From contig CBDIIB010000004.1 of NCBI GenBank assembly GCA_965279525.1, forward strand, positions 352,001 to 416,000: a stretch of 64,000 nucleotides of DNA, given 5' to 3'. The DNA comes from Tagaea sp. (GTDB lineage Bacteria > Pseudomonadota > Alphaproteobacteria > CACIAM-22H2). The position numbers and the translations under genes were made by a program. A model generated the notes under the pieces. It was not told the DNA's origin and ran no database searches. It saw only the letters and a list, made by a program, of their open reading frames with translations. Shown one piece after another: positions 31,076-41,326 of the stretch (position 1 is its first letter; the number at the start of each line of letters is the position of its first letter).

Positions 31076-32635
31076 ATGGACAGGCAGGACGACAAGGCGG
31101 AAATCGAGCTCAAGCTCGCCGTTCCGACCGATGCCTTGGCCAAGCTCGCGCGCGATCCGCGCCTGAAGGCCTTGGTGACCGGGGCCGGCACGCGCAAGCA
31201 TCTGCGCACGACGTATTTCGATACGCCCGACCGGCGGCTGCTGTCCGCCGAACTCGCCTTGCGCGTCCGCCGTGACGGCCAGCGACGCATCCAGACGCTG
31301 AAAACCGCGGGCCATCCCACGCTGGGACTTCTCGCACGCGGCGAGTGGGAGCGTGAAATCGTCGGGGAAAGCCCCGTCCTCGACGATGCCTGGCTTGCCG
31401 AGATCGGCGACAAGGACGCGCGCAAGCTGCTGGCGAAATCCAAGGTGCGGGCACGGCTGGCGCCGCTTTTCTCGACGGATTTCCGCCGCCGGTCCTGGCG
31501 CATCCGCCGCGCCGGCAGCGTTATCGAGCTGGCGATCGACAAGGGAACGATCGACAGCCCCGACGGGCAATCCCAGATCTCGGAAGTCGAACTTGAACTC
31601 AAGTCCGGCGATCCGGGCGAGCTTTACGGACTGGCGCGCGAGATCGTGGACATCGTCCCGGCCGTCGTCGAATCCCGCAGCAAGGCCGAGCGCGGCTATG
31701 CGATGTCGCTGCCGACGCGCGGTGCCGTGCGGGCGGTCTCGGTCGGCATCGACAAGGACGCGAGCGTCGCAGGCACGTTCCGCGAGATCGGCCGCGCGTG
31801 CCTCGCGCATGCGCGGGCCAACGAATCCCTCGTGCGAAGCAAGCCCTCGGTCGAGGGCGTACATCAGTTGCGCGTGGCGTTGCGCCGCATGCGCTCCGCG
31901 CTTGCCGCCTTTCGCGACGTTCTGCCCGAGCCGGAGCGCCGCCGGAAGACCGAGGAACTGCGCTGGATCGCGTCGAGTTGCGGTGCCGCACGTGACTGGG
32001 ACGTGTTTCGCAGCCAGCTATTGAAGCCGCTCAGCCGCCATCTCGACGACGAACCCGGCCTGGCGCGCGTCACAAAAGCGGCCGATGCGGCACGCCGGCG
32101 GGCCTATCGCGAAGTGCAGGCGATGCTCGAGACGCCGCGCCTGACCCATGCATTGCTCGATATCGAGGCGTGGTGGGAGCAGGGCAGCTGGGCGCCGGGC
32201 ATGGGCGAATGGCGCGAAGCGCCGGTGCGGGAATTCGCGCGTGTCGTCCTGCGCAAACTCCACCGGAACGTCGCCAGGCTTGGCAAGAACGTGGCCGCGC
32301 TTCCGGAGGCGGAACTCCACGAACTGCGCATCCGGTGCAAGAAGCTGCGTTATGCCGCCGAGTTTTTCCGGGGCGCTTTCCCGAGAAAGCCGGTGACGAC
32401 CTATCTTGCGGCACTGGCGGACGTGCAGGAACATCTGGGGGCACTGAACGATGCCGTTGTGGCGAAGTCGCTGCTTGCCGAACTCGGCCGGGATTCCGGT
32501 GGCCTGCCGCCGGAACTGCTTGCGCGCGCCGAGGGGATCGTGACCGGTTGGATCGCCGCCCGGGTGCGCATCGATCTCGAGCATCTTCCGAAGGTCTGGC
32601 AGCGATTCGCCGAACAGCGCCCCTTCTGGAAGTAG
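31076..32635 (+). CDS. CYTH + CHAD domain protein (YgiF-like triphosphatase / polyP binding)
   Basis: EIELKL, YFDTPD, EVELELK, VHQLRVALRRMRS, HELRIRCKKLRY, LGALND. Confidence 0.92.
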   Translation: MDRQDDKAEIELKLAVPTDALAKLARDPRLKALVTGAGTRKHLRTTYFDTPDRRLLSAELALRVRRDGQRRIQTLKTAGHPTLGLLARGEWEREIVGESPVLDDAWLAEIGDKDARKLLAKSKVRARLAPLFSTDFRRRSWRIRRAGSVIELAIDKGTIDSPDGQSQISEVELELKSGDPGELYGLAREIVDIVPAVVESRSKAERGYAMSLPTRGAVRAVSVGIDKDASVAGTFREIGRACLAHARANESLVRSKPSVEGVHQLRVALRRMRSALAAFRDVLPEPERRRKTEELRWIASSCGAARDWDVFRSQLLKPLSRHLDDEPGLARVTKAADAARRRAYREVQAMLETPRLTHALLDIEAWWEQGSWAPGMGEWREAPVREFARVVLRKLHRNVARLGKNVAALPEAELHELRIRCKKLRYAAEFFRGAFPRKPVTTYLAALADVQEHLGALNDAVVAKSLLAELGRDSGGLPPELLARAEGIVTGWIAARVRIDLEHLPKVWQRFAEQRPFWK

Positions 32636-32708
32636 CATCTCCGCCGTAACCTTTTGTATAATCGTGCGAATTATCCACTGCGAGGCTTCGCGCGCGGCCG
32701 GCATGCTT

Positions 32709-32717
32709 TGCTATAAT
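32709..32717 (+). promoter_or_regulatory. extended -10 element upstream of the cupredoxin
   Basis: TGCTATAAT. A second TATAAT lies at 32657-32662. Confidence 0.55.
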
Positions 32718-32743
32718 GGCCGCTTCGGCAGAGGAGTTTACCA

Positions 32744-33073
32744 ATGCGACTATTGGCAATGACGATCGCCGCGGCAGCCGTTTCGTTCGGCATCGGTCAT
32801 TTCGCCCTTGCGCAGGGGGCCGATGCGACGGTCGTCCAGCGCGACATCGATTTCGAGCCGAAGGAAGTCCGCATCCGGGCCGGCGGCCAGGTTCTTTTCG
32901 TCAACGAAGACCGGTTCGGTCACAACGTCTATTCGGAGACGGCCGGCGGGGAGTTCGACGTCGGCCGGCAGGGACCCAATACCCGTATCGGCGTGCCGTT
33001 CCGGCGCGCGGGGACGTTCGCGGTGATGTGCCGCATCCATCCCCGCATGGCCATGCAGGTCGTCGTCCAGTAA
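32744..33073 (+). CDS. exported cupredoxin (amicyanin/plastocyanin-like)
   Basis: Signal peptide, N-x-D-x-x-x-HNV, C-RI-H-PR-M type-1 copper ligand loop. Confidence 0.88.
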   Translation: MRLLAMTIAAAAVSFGIGHFALAQGADATVVQRDIDFEPKEVRIRAGGQVLFVNEDRFGHNVYSETAGGEFDVGRQGPNTRIGVPFRRAGTFAVMCRIHPRMAMQVVVQ

Positions 33074-33095
33074 TCCGGCTCCGGGAGCGCAACGC

Positions 33096-35369
33096 TTGTC
33101 GATCCGCGCCAAGCTAATCGCCGCCTTCCTGTTCGCGCTGCTTGCGGCCTCGACGCTCGGCTTCACGGCGTTCGTCGCGGCGCGCATGCTCGGCGCCCTG
33201 ACCGTGCAGATGTTCGACGGGCCGCTCCAGACTATCAATTTCGCTCGTCTGGCGCAGACCGATTTCGCCGTCATCGAACTCACCGACCGCGATGCCGGCG
33301 ACATGGATCGGCTCTACAAACTTGTCGACGACTTCCTGAAGGACCTCGATGTCGCGGCCGAGCGGGGCAACTCGGAGGATATCTCCGCCGTCGCCGCCGA
33401 CATCCGCTCCAACGTCGACAAGTGGCGCGCGTCGGCGGCACGGGCGCGGACGGGCGACGCGGAAGTCGCGCGGGAACGAACGGCCCTCGGGGCGCGCATC
33501 CGGCAGGATCTCGAAGTCCTGACGCAGATCGCAGCCGACAACGGTTTCGTGTTCCGCGAAGACGCCGGCGAAACGATCGAAGCGACGCGCAACATGATCG
33601 TGGTGGTCATCGTCCTTGCCGCGATCGTGCTGCTCGTGGTCGGCGTGCTGCTCGTGCGCAACATCGTGCTGCCGCTCGACAGCCTGAACCGCAAGATGCG
33701 CAAGATCGCGCGCGGCGATGCGGACGTCCACATACGCTACCTCGAGCGGCGCGACGAACTCGGCGACACCGCCCGCGCGATGGCGGTGTTCAAACAGGCC
33801 ATGGCCGACATCAAGGATGCGCGCGACCGCGCGGAACTCGCGACCAAGGCCAAGTCCGAATTCCTCGCAATGATGAGCCACGAGATCCGCACGCCGATGA
33901 ACGGCATCATCGGCATGTCGCGCCTGCTGCTTCAGTCCCAACTCGACGGCGAGCAGCGCGACAACGCGCGCATCGTTCTGGAAAGCGGCCAGTCGCTGCT
34001 GCAGATCCTCAACGACATCCTCGACTACTCCAAGCTCGAAGCCGGCAAGCTCGACGTCGAAAGCATCGATTTCGACGTACGCAACGCGATCGAGGATGCC
34101 GTGGCGCTGATGGCGTCGAAGGCCGGCGAAAAGGGTATCGGTCTCGTCGCCGAGATCGACGCGGCAGTGCCGACCTACCTGCGCGGCGACCCCGGCCGCC
34201 TGCGCCAGGTCCTGCTCAACCTGATCGGAAACTCGGTCAAGTTCACCGACAAGGGCGGCGTCACGGTAATCGTGCGCAGCCTTGCGTCCGCCGACGGCGT
34301 CGCCCGGGTGCGCGTGGGGATCCGCGATACGGGCATCGGCATCTCGAAGGAGGCGCAAGCCAAGCTCTTCGGCAGCTTCGTCCAGGCGGATTCCTCGATC
34401 TCGCGCCGGTTCGGCGGCACCGGGCTCGGCCTTGCGATCAGCCGGCGTCTCGTCAATGCGATGGGCGGGGAAATCGGCGTCGACAGCGAACCCGGCAAGG
34501 GTTCCGAGTTCCATTTCGAACTTTCGTTGCCCGTCGGTGTGGCGCCGCGCGGCGAGACCCAGACCGTGCTGGCGCAGGCGGCGCGTCCGCAACGCATCCT
34601 GCTTGTCGAAGACAATATCGTGAACCAGAAGGTCGCGACCGGCCTGCTCAAGGTCGCCGGCCATACGATCGAGATCGCGAACAACGGCCGCGAGGCGGTC
34701 GCGGCCGTCCAGGCGCACGACTACGACGTCGTGCTGATGGACATGCACATGCCGGAGATGGACGGGATCGAAGCGACGAAAGTGATCCGTGCCCTGCCGC
34801 CGCCGAAGGCGACAATCTGGATCATCGCGGCCACCGCTGGCGCCATGCAATCCGACATCGACCGATGCCTTGAGGCCGGCATGAACGACTACATCGCCAA
34901 GCCCATCGTGCCCGACGATCTTGCTCGGGCGCTCGCGCGTGTCGGCGGCGTGGCGCCGGACGAGATGGTGGGCGAAGCGCCGTCGATCCAGGACCGGCTT
35001 TCGGCGAGCGATGCGGTGATCGACGATGGTGTCCTTGGCGAGCTTGAAGATCAGATGGGACGGGAGATCGTCGCCTCGCTCGTCGGAGATTTTGCGGAGA
35101 ATGCGCAAAATTTGCTGGCGGAGATCGCTCGCGCACGGATCGCAGGCGATGGAATCGCATGGACGCGTGCGGCCCACAGTCTCAAGAGTTCCGCGGCGAA
35201 CATGGGGCTCGCCCGCACGTTCGAAGCGGCCCGCAAGATCGAGCATGCCGGCGAGACCGGGGATTTCGTGACCGCAGCACCTGTCTCCGATACCCTGCCG
35301 GGACTCGTCGAAGAGGCTGTCGCGGCACTCAAGACGCGCTACGCGGATATCGCCGCGCCGGCGGATTGA
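33096..35369 (+). CDS. membrane hybrid sensor histidine kinase (HAMP-HisKA-HATPase-REC-HPt)
   Basis: 2 TM segments, [48 protein letters not shown]. Confidence 0.95.
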   Translation: MSIRAKLIAAFLFALLAASTLGFTAFVAARMLGALTVQMFDGPLQTINFARLAQTDFAVIELTDRDAGDMDRLYKLVDDFLKDLDVAAERGNSEDISAVAADIRSNVDKWRASAARARTGDAEVARERTALGARIRQDLEVLTQIAADNGFVFREDAGETIEATRNMIVVVIVLAAIVLLVVGVLLVRNIVLPLDSLNRKMRKIARGDADVHIRYLERRDELGDTARAMAVFKQAMADIKDARDRAELATKAKSEFLAMMSHEIRTPMNGIIGMSRLLLQSQLDGEQRDNARIVLESGQSLLQILNDILDYSKLEAGKLDVESIDFDVRNAIEDAVALMASKAGEKGIGLVAEIDAAVPTYLRGDPGRLRQVLLNLIGNSVKFTDKGGVTVIVRSLASADGVARVRVGIRDTGIGISKEAQAKLFGSFVQADSSISRRFGGTGLGLAISRRLVNAMGGEIGVDSEPGKGSEFHFELSLPVGVAPRGETQTVLAQAARPQRILLVEDNIVNQKVATGLLKVAGHTIEIANNGREAVAAVQAHDYDVVLMDMHMPEMDGIEATKVIRALPPPKATIWIIAATAGAMQSDIDRCLEAGMNDYIAKPIVPDDLARALARVGGVAPDEMVGEAPSIQDRLSASDAVIDDGVLGELEDQMGREIVASLVGDFAENAQNLLAEIARARIAGDGIAWTRAAHSLKSSAANMGLARTFEAARKIEHAGETGDFVTAAPVSDTLPGLVEEAVAALKTRYADIAAPAD

Positions 35370-35391
35370 TCGAAGGGATCGGGGCACGACA

Positions 35392-35808
35392 ATGAACACT
35401 CCGCAGACGATGGAGCAGGCTTTCTCCAATCTGTCGGTCCTGCTCGTGGAGGACGACGCGTTCGCGATCAAGATCGCGCAGACGGTCCTCAAGCAGCTGA
35501 AAATTCCCTACGTGGCCCTCGCCAAGGATGGCGCCGAAGGGCTCGATATCCTGAATGCCGGGATGCAGAAGTACGACTTGATCATTTCCGACTGGAACAT
35601 GCCGGAGATGACCGGGCTGCAGCTGTTGAAGGCCGTGCGTCAGAAATGGCCGACGATGCCCTTCATCATGCTGACGGGCCGCGCCAGCCCCGAGTTCGTC
35701 GTGCAGGCCCGCGACAACGGCGTGGATGCCTATGTCGTGAAGCCGTTCTCGCCGTCGCAGCTTGCCCAGAAGATCCATGCGGTCCTGACGTCCAAGGCGC
35801 AGAAATGA
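35392..35808 (+). CDS. single-domain (CheY-like) response regulator
   Basis: LVEDD, SDWNMPEMTG, VKPF. No output domain. Confidence 0.92.
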   Translation: MNTPQTMEQAFSNLSVLLVEDDAFAIKIAQTVLKQLKIPYVALAKDGAEGLDILNAGMQKYDLIISDWNMPEMTGLQLLKAVRQKWPTMPFIMLTGRASPEFVVQARDNGVDAYVVKPFSPSQLAQKIHAVLTSKAQK

Positions 35809-36275
35809 ACGAAACGGATTTCATGCGCCGGGCCATAGCGCTGGCCGATGAGCGGATGCGCGCGGGCGAGGGCGGGCCGTTCGGCGCCGTGATCGCCAAG
35901 GACGGACGCATCGTCGGCGAAGGCTGGAACCGCGTGATCGGCACGTCGGACCCGACTGCGCACGCCGAGATCGTCGCTATCCGGGACGCCTGCGCGCGGC
36001 TCGGCACGTTCGACCTTTCGGGTGCCACGATCTATACGAGCTGCGAGCCATGCCCGATGTGCCTGGGCGGCATCCTTTGGGCGCGACTGGACCGGATGTG
36101 CTACGCGGCCAACCGCGAAGACGCCGCCAAGATCGGCTTCGACGACGACGCATTCTATGTCGAGGTCGCCAAGCCGATCGATGCCCGGGCGCTTCCGGCC
36201 ACCCGCATGTTGGCCGACGAGGCGCGCGCCGTGTTCGCGGCATGGTTCGCCAAGCCCGACCGCGTCGAGTATTAG
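35805..36275 (+). CDS. nucleoside/guanine deaminase (GuaD-like, cytidine deaminase fold)
   Basis: GGPFGAVI, DPTAHAEI, SCEPCPMC, GFDD. ATGA overlap with the receiver gene. Confidence 0.88.
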   Translation: MNETDFMRRAIALADERMRAGEGGPFGAVIAKDGRIVGEGWNRVIGTSDPTAHAEIVAIRDACARLGTFDLSGATIYTSCEPCPMCLGGILWARLDRMCYAANREDAAKIGFDDDAFYVEVAKPIDARALPATRMLADEARAVFAAWFAKPDRVEY

Positions 36276-36293
36276 GCGGCCACGGACAGGGCG

Positions 36294-37517
36294 ATGACAT
36301 CTTTTCGCGCCTATGCGGCGTTCGGACTTGCCGCGGCCTATTTCGGCCACGAATTCATCCAGCGGGTCTCGACATCGGTCATCGTCGGCGAGCTGATGGC
36401 CGAGTTCGCGGTCGGTGGCGCCGTGCTCGGAAGCCTTTCGGCTTTCTACTTCTACGCCTATGCCGGCATGCAGATTCCGGTGGGCGTGCTGATCGACCGG
36501 TTCGGCCCGCGCCGGCTGATGAGTTTCGCGGCAGGGATTTCGGCCGTGGGCGCGCTGCTGTTCGCGACCGCGCCGGCGATCGAATTCGCCTATGCCGGAC
36601 GCCTGCTGATCGGGCTTGGCGCATCGTTCTCGTGGATCGGCCTGCTGACGGTCGCGACCTTGTGGCTTCCGCCAGCCAGGTTCTCCGGCCTTGCCGGGCT
36701 CGGCCAGGCGGTCGGCATGCTGGGTGCCGTATTCGGACAAGCGCCGCTCGCCCTGCTTGTCGAGGGGTTCGGCTGGCGTAGTGCGGTCGGTGTGCTCGCG
36801 GCATTCGGCGCGGCGATCTCGCTGTCGCTTTTCCTGACTGTCCCGGAGGTGCCGGCAAAGGCAACGCAGAGCAAAGGCCGTCTGACCCAGGGCCTGCGCA
36901 TCGCGGCGCGCAACAGCCAGACCTGGCTCAATGCCGTCTACGGGCTTTCGATGACCGGCACGATGCTGGCCTTCGCCGGACTCTGGGCGGTGCCGTGGCT
37001 CGTTTCGGTCTACGGTTTCGAGCGGGCCGGGGCGGCGGCGCTATCGTCGGTCATGTTCGTCGGCTGGGCCGTCGGTTCGCCGCTGATCGGCTGGCTGTCC
37101 GATCGTGCCGCACGGCGCAGGATCTTCCAGATCGGGAACGGCTGCGCAATGACCGTCTCCTTGATCGCGATCCTCTATATCCCCGGATTGCCGACGCCGG
37201 TCCTGGCGGCACTGATGTTCTTCAACGGCATCTTCGCGTCGGGCATGGTTCTCGCCTACGGAGCCGCCCGCGCGCACAATCCGCCGGATGCGAGCGGAGC
37301 GACCTACGGGCTCGTCAATACAGGCGTCGTCGGCTCCGGCGCCATCTTCCAGCCCCTGATCGGCCTGCTGCTCGACCTCAACTGGGACGGTGCCATGCGC
37401 GCCGGGGCCCGGATCTATTCGTCTGACGCCTACGATGCGGCATTCGCGGTGCTGCCATGCGTGGCGGCCATCGGGACGCTGGCGGCGGCTCTGACACGCG
37501 AAAAGCCGCCGGCCTGA
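36294..37517 (+). CDS. MFS transporter
   Basis: [21 protein letters not shown], about 12 TM segments. Confidence 0.9.
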   Translation: MTSFRAYAAFGLAAAYFGHEFIQRVSTSVIVGELMAEFAVGGAVLGSLSAFYFYAYAGMQIPVGVLIDRFGPRRLMSFAAGISAVGALLFATAPAIEFAYAGRLLIGLGASFSWIGLLTVATLWLPPARFSGLAGLGQAVGMLGAVFGQAPLALLVEGFGWRSAVGVLAAFGAAISLSLFLTVPEVPAKATQSKGRLTQGLRIAARNSQTWLNAVYGLSMTGTMLAFAGLWAVPWLVSVYGFERAGAAALSSVMFVGWAVGSPLIGWLSDRAARRRIFQIGNGCAMTVSLIAILYIPGLPTPVLAALMFFNGIFASGMVLAYGAARAHNPPDASGATYGLVNTGVVGSGAIFQPLIGLLLDLNWDGAMRAGARIYSSDAYDAAFAVLPCVAAIGTLAAALTREKPPA

Positions 37518-37603
37518 CCGCCGCTGGCGGATCAAGACGCTACACAAAACCGGCTCGCACGGGCTATTTTGCCTCGCAGAAGTCGTCAACGAGGAAACCC
37601 TTC

Positions 37604-39328
37604 ATGTCCGACCAGCCCATCGACAAATCCAGACTGCCCAGCCGCCACACCACGGTCGGGCCGACGAGTGCGGCACATCGCTCGATGCTCTACGCGATGG
37701 GACTGTCGAAGGAGCAGATCGCCCAGCCGCTCGTCGGCGTCGTGACGACATGGAACGAGGCGGCCCCCTGCAACATCACGCTGTCGCGCCAGGCACAGGC
37801 CGCCAAGAAGGGCGTCGCCGCCGCCGGCGGGACGCCGCGCGAGTTCACGACCATCACGGTCACCGACGGCATCGCGATGGGCCATGCCGGCATGCACAGC
37901 TCGCTCGTCAGCCGCGAAGTGATCGCGGACTCGGTCGAGCTTACGGTGCGCGGCCACTGCTACGATGCGCTGATCGGCATCGCGGGCTGCGACAAGTCGC
38001 TGCCGGGCCTGATGATGTCGATGCTGCGTCTGAACGTGCCCTCCATCTTCATCTATGGCGGCACGATCCTGCCGGGCAAGTTCAAGGGCCGTGACGTGAC
38101 CATCGTCGACGTGTTCGAGGGCGTCGGTGCGAACGCCGCCGGCAAGATGTCGAATGCCGATCTCGAACTTCTCGAGCAGACGGCGCTGCCGACCGGCGGA
38201 TCGTGCGGCGGCCAGTTCACCGCCAACACCATGGCATGCGTTTCCGAAGCGATCGGGCTTGCGTTGCCCGGCTCGGCCGGCACGCCGGCGCCCTACGAAA
38301 GCCGCGACCGCTGGTGCGTGGCGTCCGGCGAGCAGATCATGGATCTCATCCGGCGCAATATCCGTCCGCGCGACATCGTCACGCTGAAATCGCTGGAAAA
38401 CGCGGCGCGCGTCGTCGCGGCGACCGGCGGCTCCACGAACGCAGGCCTTCACCTGCCCGCGATGGCGCACGAGGCCGGAATCAAGTTCGATCTTTCGGAC
38501 GTTGCCGAGATCATGCGGTCGACTCCCTACATCGCCGATCTGATGCCGGGCGGGAAATACACGGCGGTCGACCTCTACACGGTCGGCGGCGTGCCGGTCG
38601 TCATGAAGGAAATGCTCGATGCCGGCATCCTGCATGGCGACTGCATTACCGTCACGGGCAAGACGATCGCCGAGAACCTCAAGGACGTGAAGTTCCCGGA
38701 GAACCAGAAGGTCGTCTACCGGGTCGCCAGTCCGATCACCAAGACCGGCGGCGTGGTCGGCCTCAAGGGCAATCTGGCGCCCGAGGGCGCCATCGTGAAG
38801 GTTGCCGGCATGAAGAAGCAGACCTTCCGCGGGCCTGCGCGCGTGTTCGAACGCGAAGACGAGGCGCTCGCCGCCGTCCTCAAGCGCGAGATCAAGGACG
38901 GCGACGTCATGGTCATCCGCAACGAGGGGCCGAAGGGCGGGCCCGGCATGCGCGAGATGCTGTCGACCACCGCGGCTCTCTATGGCTGGGGCAAGGGCGA
39001 CGAGATCGCACTGATCACAGACGGCCGTTTCTCGGGCGGCACGCGCGGTTTCTGCGTGGGCCACGTCAGCCCCGAGGCTGCGCTCGGCGGGCCCATCGGC
39101 CTCGTCAAGGACGGCGACATCATCGCGATCGACGCCATCAAGGGCACGCTCTCGCTCGAGGTCGCCGATGCCGAGCTTGCCGCGCGCAAGGCCGCGTGGA
39201 AGCCGCGTGCCCATAACTTCCAGTCGGGCACGCTATGGAAGTATTCGCAGACCGTCGGAACGGCCGCCAACGGTGCGGTCACGCATCCGGGCGGCGCCAA
39301 CGAAACCCAGATGTACGCGGACAGCTGA
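37604..39328 (+). CDS. ilvD: dihydroxy-acid dehydratase
   Basis: [44 protein letters not shown]. Confidence 0.96.
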   Translation: MSDQPIDKSRLPSRHTTVGPTSAAHRSMLYAMGLSKEQIAQPLVGVVTTWNEAAPCNITLSRQAQAAKKGVAAAGGTPREFTTITVTDGIAMGHAGMHSSLVSREVIADSVELTVRGHCYDALIGIAGCDKSLPGLMMSMLRLNVPSIFIYGGTILPGKFKGRDVTIVDVFEGVGANAAGKMSNADLELLEQTALPTGGSCGGQFTANTMACVSEAIGLALPGSAGTPAPYESRDRWCVASGEQIMDLIRRNIRPRDIVTLKSLENAARVVAATGGSTNAGLHLPAMAHEAGIKFDLSDVAEIMRSTPYIADLMPGGKYTAVDLYTVGGVPVVMKEMLDAGILHGDCITVTGKTIAENLKDVKFPENQKVVYRVASPITKTGGVVGLKGNLAPEGAIVKVAGMKKQTFRGPARVFEREDEALAAVLKREIKDGDVMVIRNEGPKGGPGMREMLSTTAALYGWGKGDEIALITDGRFSGGTRGFCVGHVSPEAALGGPIGLVKDGDIIAIDAIKGTLSLEVADAELAARKAAWKPRAHNFQSGTLWKYSQTVGTAANGAVTHPGGANETQMYADS

Positions 39329-40836
39329 TGGCACGCATTGCGGTCGGAACCTTCCAGCACGAAACCAATACCTTTGCCCCGTCGAAGGCCGACCGGGCCG
39401 CGTTCGAACGCGGTGGCGGCTGGCCATCGATGGTGCGCGGGGCGGCGATCCCGGCGGCGTTCGTCGGAATGAACGTGCCGATCGCCGGATTCATCGCGGC
39501 GGCCGGTGCGGCCGGACATTCGCTCGTCCCGCTGATCTGCGCGAACGCCACGCCGTCGGCAGAGGTGTCGGACGAGATTTTCGGGATCGTCATGGACGCG
39601 ATGTGCGCGGATCTCGCCAAGGCGCTTCCCGTGGACGCGGTCTATCTCGACCTGCACGGCGCAATGGTCACCGACAGTCTCGAGGACGGCGAGGGCGAGA
39701 TCGTGGCACGGGTGCGCAAGGTCGTGGGATCGCGCGTGCCGATCGTGGTGTCGCTGGACCTGCATGCGAACGTCACGCGCGCGATGATCGAACTTGTCGA
39801 TGCCTGCGTCGCGTATCGCACCTATCCGCATGTCGACATGGCGGAGACCGGCGGACGCGCCTTCGGCCTTCTTGACGGCCTGCTCAAGAGCGGCAGCCGG
39901 CTTGCCGGCGCATTCCGCCAGATGCCCTACATCATCCCGATCACCGCGCAATGCACGCTGATCGAGCCGGGTGTCGGGCTCTACCGCCGGCTTGGCGAGA
40001 TCGAGACGCGCACGGGCGTCGTCTTGTCCTATTGCACGGGCTTTCCGGCCGCCGACATCCGCGACTGCGCGCCGTCGGTTTTTGGCTACGGGCCTGACAA
40101 GGGCACCGTCGAATCCGCCGTCGGCGAGCTCGCGCGCGCAGTCGAGGATGCGGAACGCGACTATGTCGCCGAACTCTACACGCCGGATGAAGCGATCAAG
40201 CGCGCGGTGGCGCGCGGTGGGCGGCATGGCAAGCCTGTCGTGCTCGCGGATACGCAAGACAATCCCGGTGCCGGCGGGAATGGCGACACCACCGGTCTGC
40301 TTGCCGCCATGTTGCGTCTGCGCCCTGAAGGCGCCGTGCTCGGCATGCTCATCGATCCGGTATCGGCGAAATTCGCGCATGAAGTCGGCGTGGGCAACAC
40401 GGCGGAGTTCCGCATTGGTGCCATTTCGGGTTGGCCCGGCGTCGAGCCGGTTGTCGGTCCGTTCAAGGTCCTGCGCACCGGCAACGGCGAGTTCCTGTGC
40501 ACTGGGCCATTTTACGGTGGCAGCCGGATGAAGCTGGGGCCGATGGCGCTGCTGGAAGCAAACGGCGTGCGCCTGGTGCTTTCGTCGCACAAGGTCCAGA
40601 CGGCCGATCAGGAAATGTTCCGGCATCTTGGCGTCGAACCCATCCGCGAACGGATCGTCGCGGTAAAAAGTTCAGTCCATTTCCGTGCCGATTTCCAGCC
40701 CATCGCCGAGGAAGTGCTCGTCGTCGCCACGCCGGGCCCCAACCCGGCCGATCCGGCAGCACTGACATGGAAGCGTCTGCGCCCGGGCATCCGCCTTCGT
40801 CCGCACGGCCCAGTTTTCAAGGGGGCTGCGGCGTGA
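39328..40836 (+). CDS. M81 family metallopeptidase (MlrC-like)
   Basis: HETNTF, LDLHGAM, LDLHAN, YRTYPHVD, DTQDNPGAG, KSSVHFRADF. Confidence 0.92.
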   Translation: MARIAVGTFQHETNTFAPSKADRAAFERGGGWPSMVRGAAIPAAFVGMNVPIAGFIAAAGAAGHSLVPLICANATPSAEVSDEIFGIVMDAMCADLAKALPVDAVYLDLHGAMVTDSLEDGEGEIVARVRKVVGSRVPIVVSLDLHANVTRAMIELVDACVAYRTYPHVDMAETGGRAFGLLDGLLKSGSRLAGAFRQMPYIIPITAQCTLIEPGVGLYRRLGEIETRTGVVLSYCTGFPAADIRDCAPSVFGYGPDKGTVESAVGELARAVEDAERDYVAELYTPDEAIKRAVARGGRHGKPVVLADTQDNPGAGGNGDTTGLLAAMLRLRPEGAVLGMLIDPVSAKFAHEVGVGNTAEFRIGAISGWPGVEPVVGPFKVLRTGNGEFLCTGPFYGGSRMKLGPMALLEANGVRLVLSSHKVQTADQEMFRHLGVEPIRERIVAVKSSVHFRADFQPIAEEVLVVATPGPNPADPAALTWKRLRPGIRLRPHGPVFKGAAA

Positions 40837-41303
40837 TCCGCGCTGGCATCCTGGGTCTGCTCCTGCTGGCGACGTCGGTTCAGGCACAGCCTGTCGATCG
40901 CCACGAGGGATATTATTATCCACAGGCGTCGAGCCAGGAGATCTACGTCGCGCGCGCGAAGGTCCTGATCGACGCAACGCGCGACAAACGGCTCGATTTC
41001 GTGAACGGACTGACCGCTTCGCAGCTCGCCGGAAGCTACGCACCCGCCTACGTGGTGTTCGCCAAGGGCGATCGCGCCGACCGTCTGATCGTCGTTTCGC
41101 TGGTGTCGGGCCAGCTTGACACCGTCTTCCGCGCTCGCGCCCTGCTGGCACAGCTTACTGCTGTGGCCCGCGGCTCGTCCTTTTTGCAAGATTACGGGGT
41201 CGACAATTTATTTACCTTTCTGGATGTATTGAAGCTTATGGGCTTCACGCGCGTCACGCTCAGCGACGGCGACCGGTTCGCCCACCAGATTACGATCCGC
41301 TAG
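40833..41303 (+). CDS. conserved exported hypothetical protein
   Basis: GTG start overlapping the M81 stop, signal peptide, [31 protein letters not shown]. Confidence 0.75.
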   Translation: MIRAGILGLLLLATSVQAQPVDRHEGYYYPQASSQEIYVARAKVLIDATRDKRLDFVNGLTASQLAGSYAPAYVVFAKGDRADRLIVVSLVSGQLDTVFRARALLAQLTAVARGSSFLQDYGVDNLFTFLDVLKLMGFTRVTLSDGDRFAHQITIR

Positions 41304-41326
41304 CGGATCTGCCGGAGGACGGGGTT

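Noticed and set aside
32671-32679. TTATCCACT DnaA-box-like 9-mer upstream of the cupredoxin
   Set aside because: A single site with one mismatch and no replication-related context. Could be chance.
41145-41162. TGGCAC...TGC sigma54-like element upstream of the MCP
   Set aside because: The GG-to-GC spacing is one base too long for the strict -24/-12 geometry.
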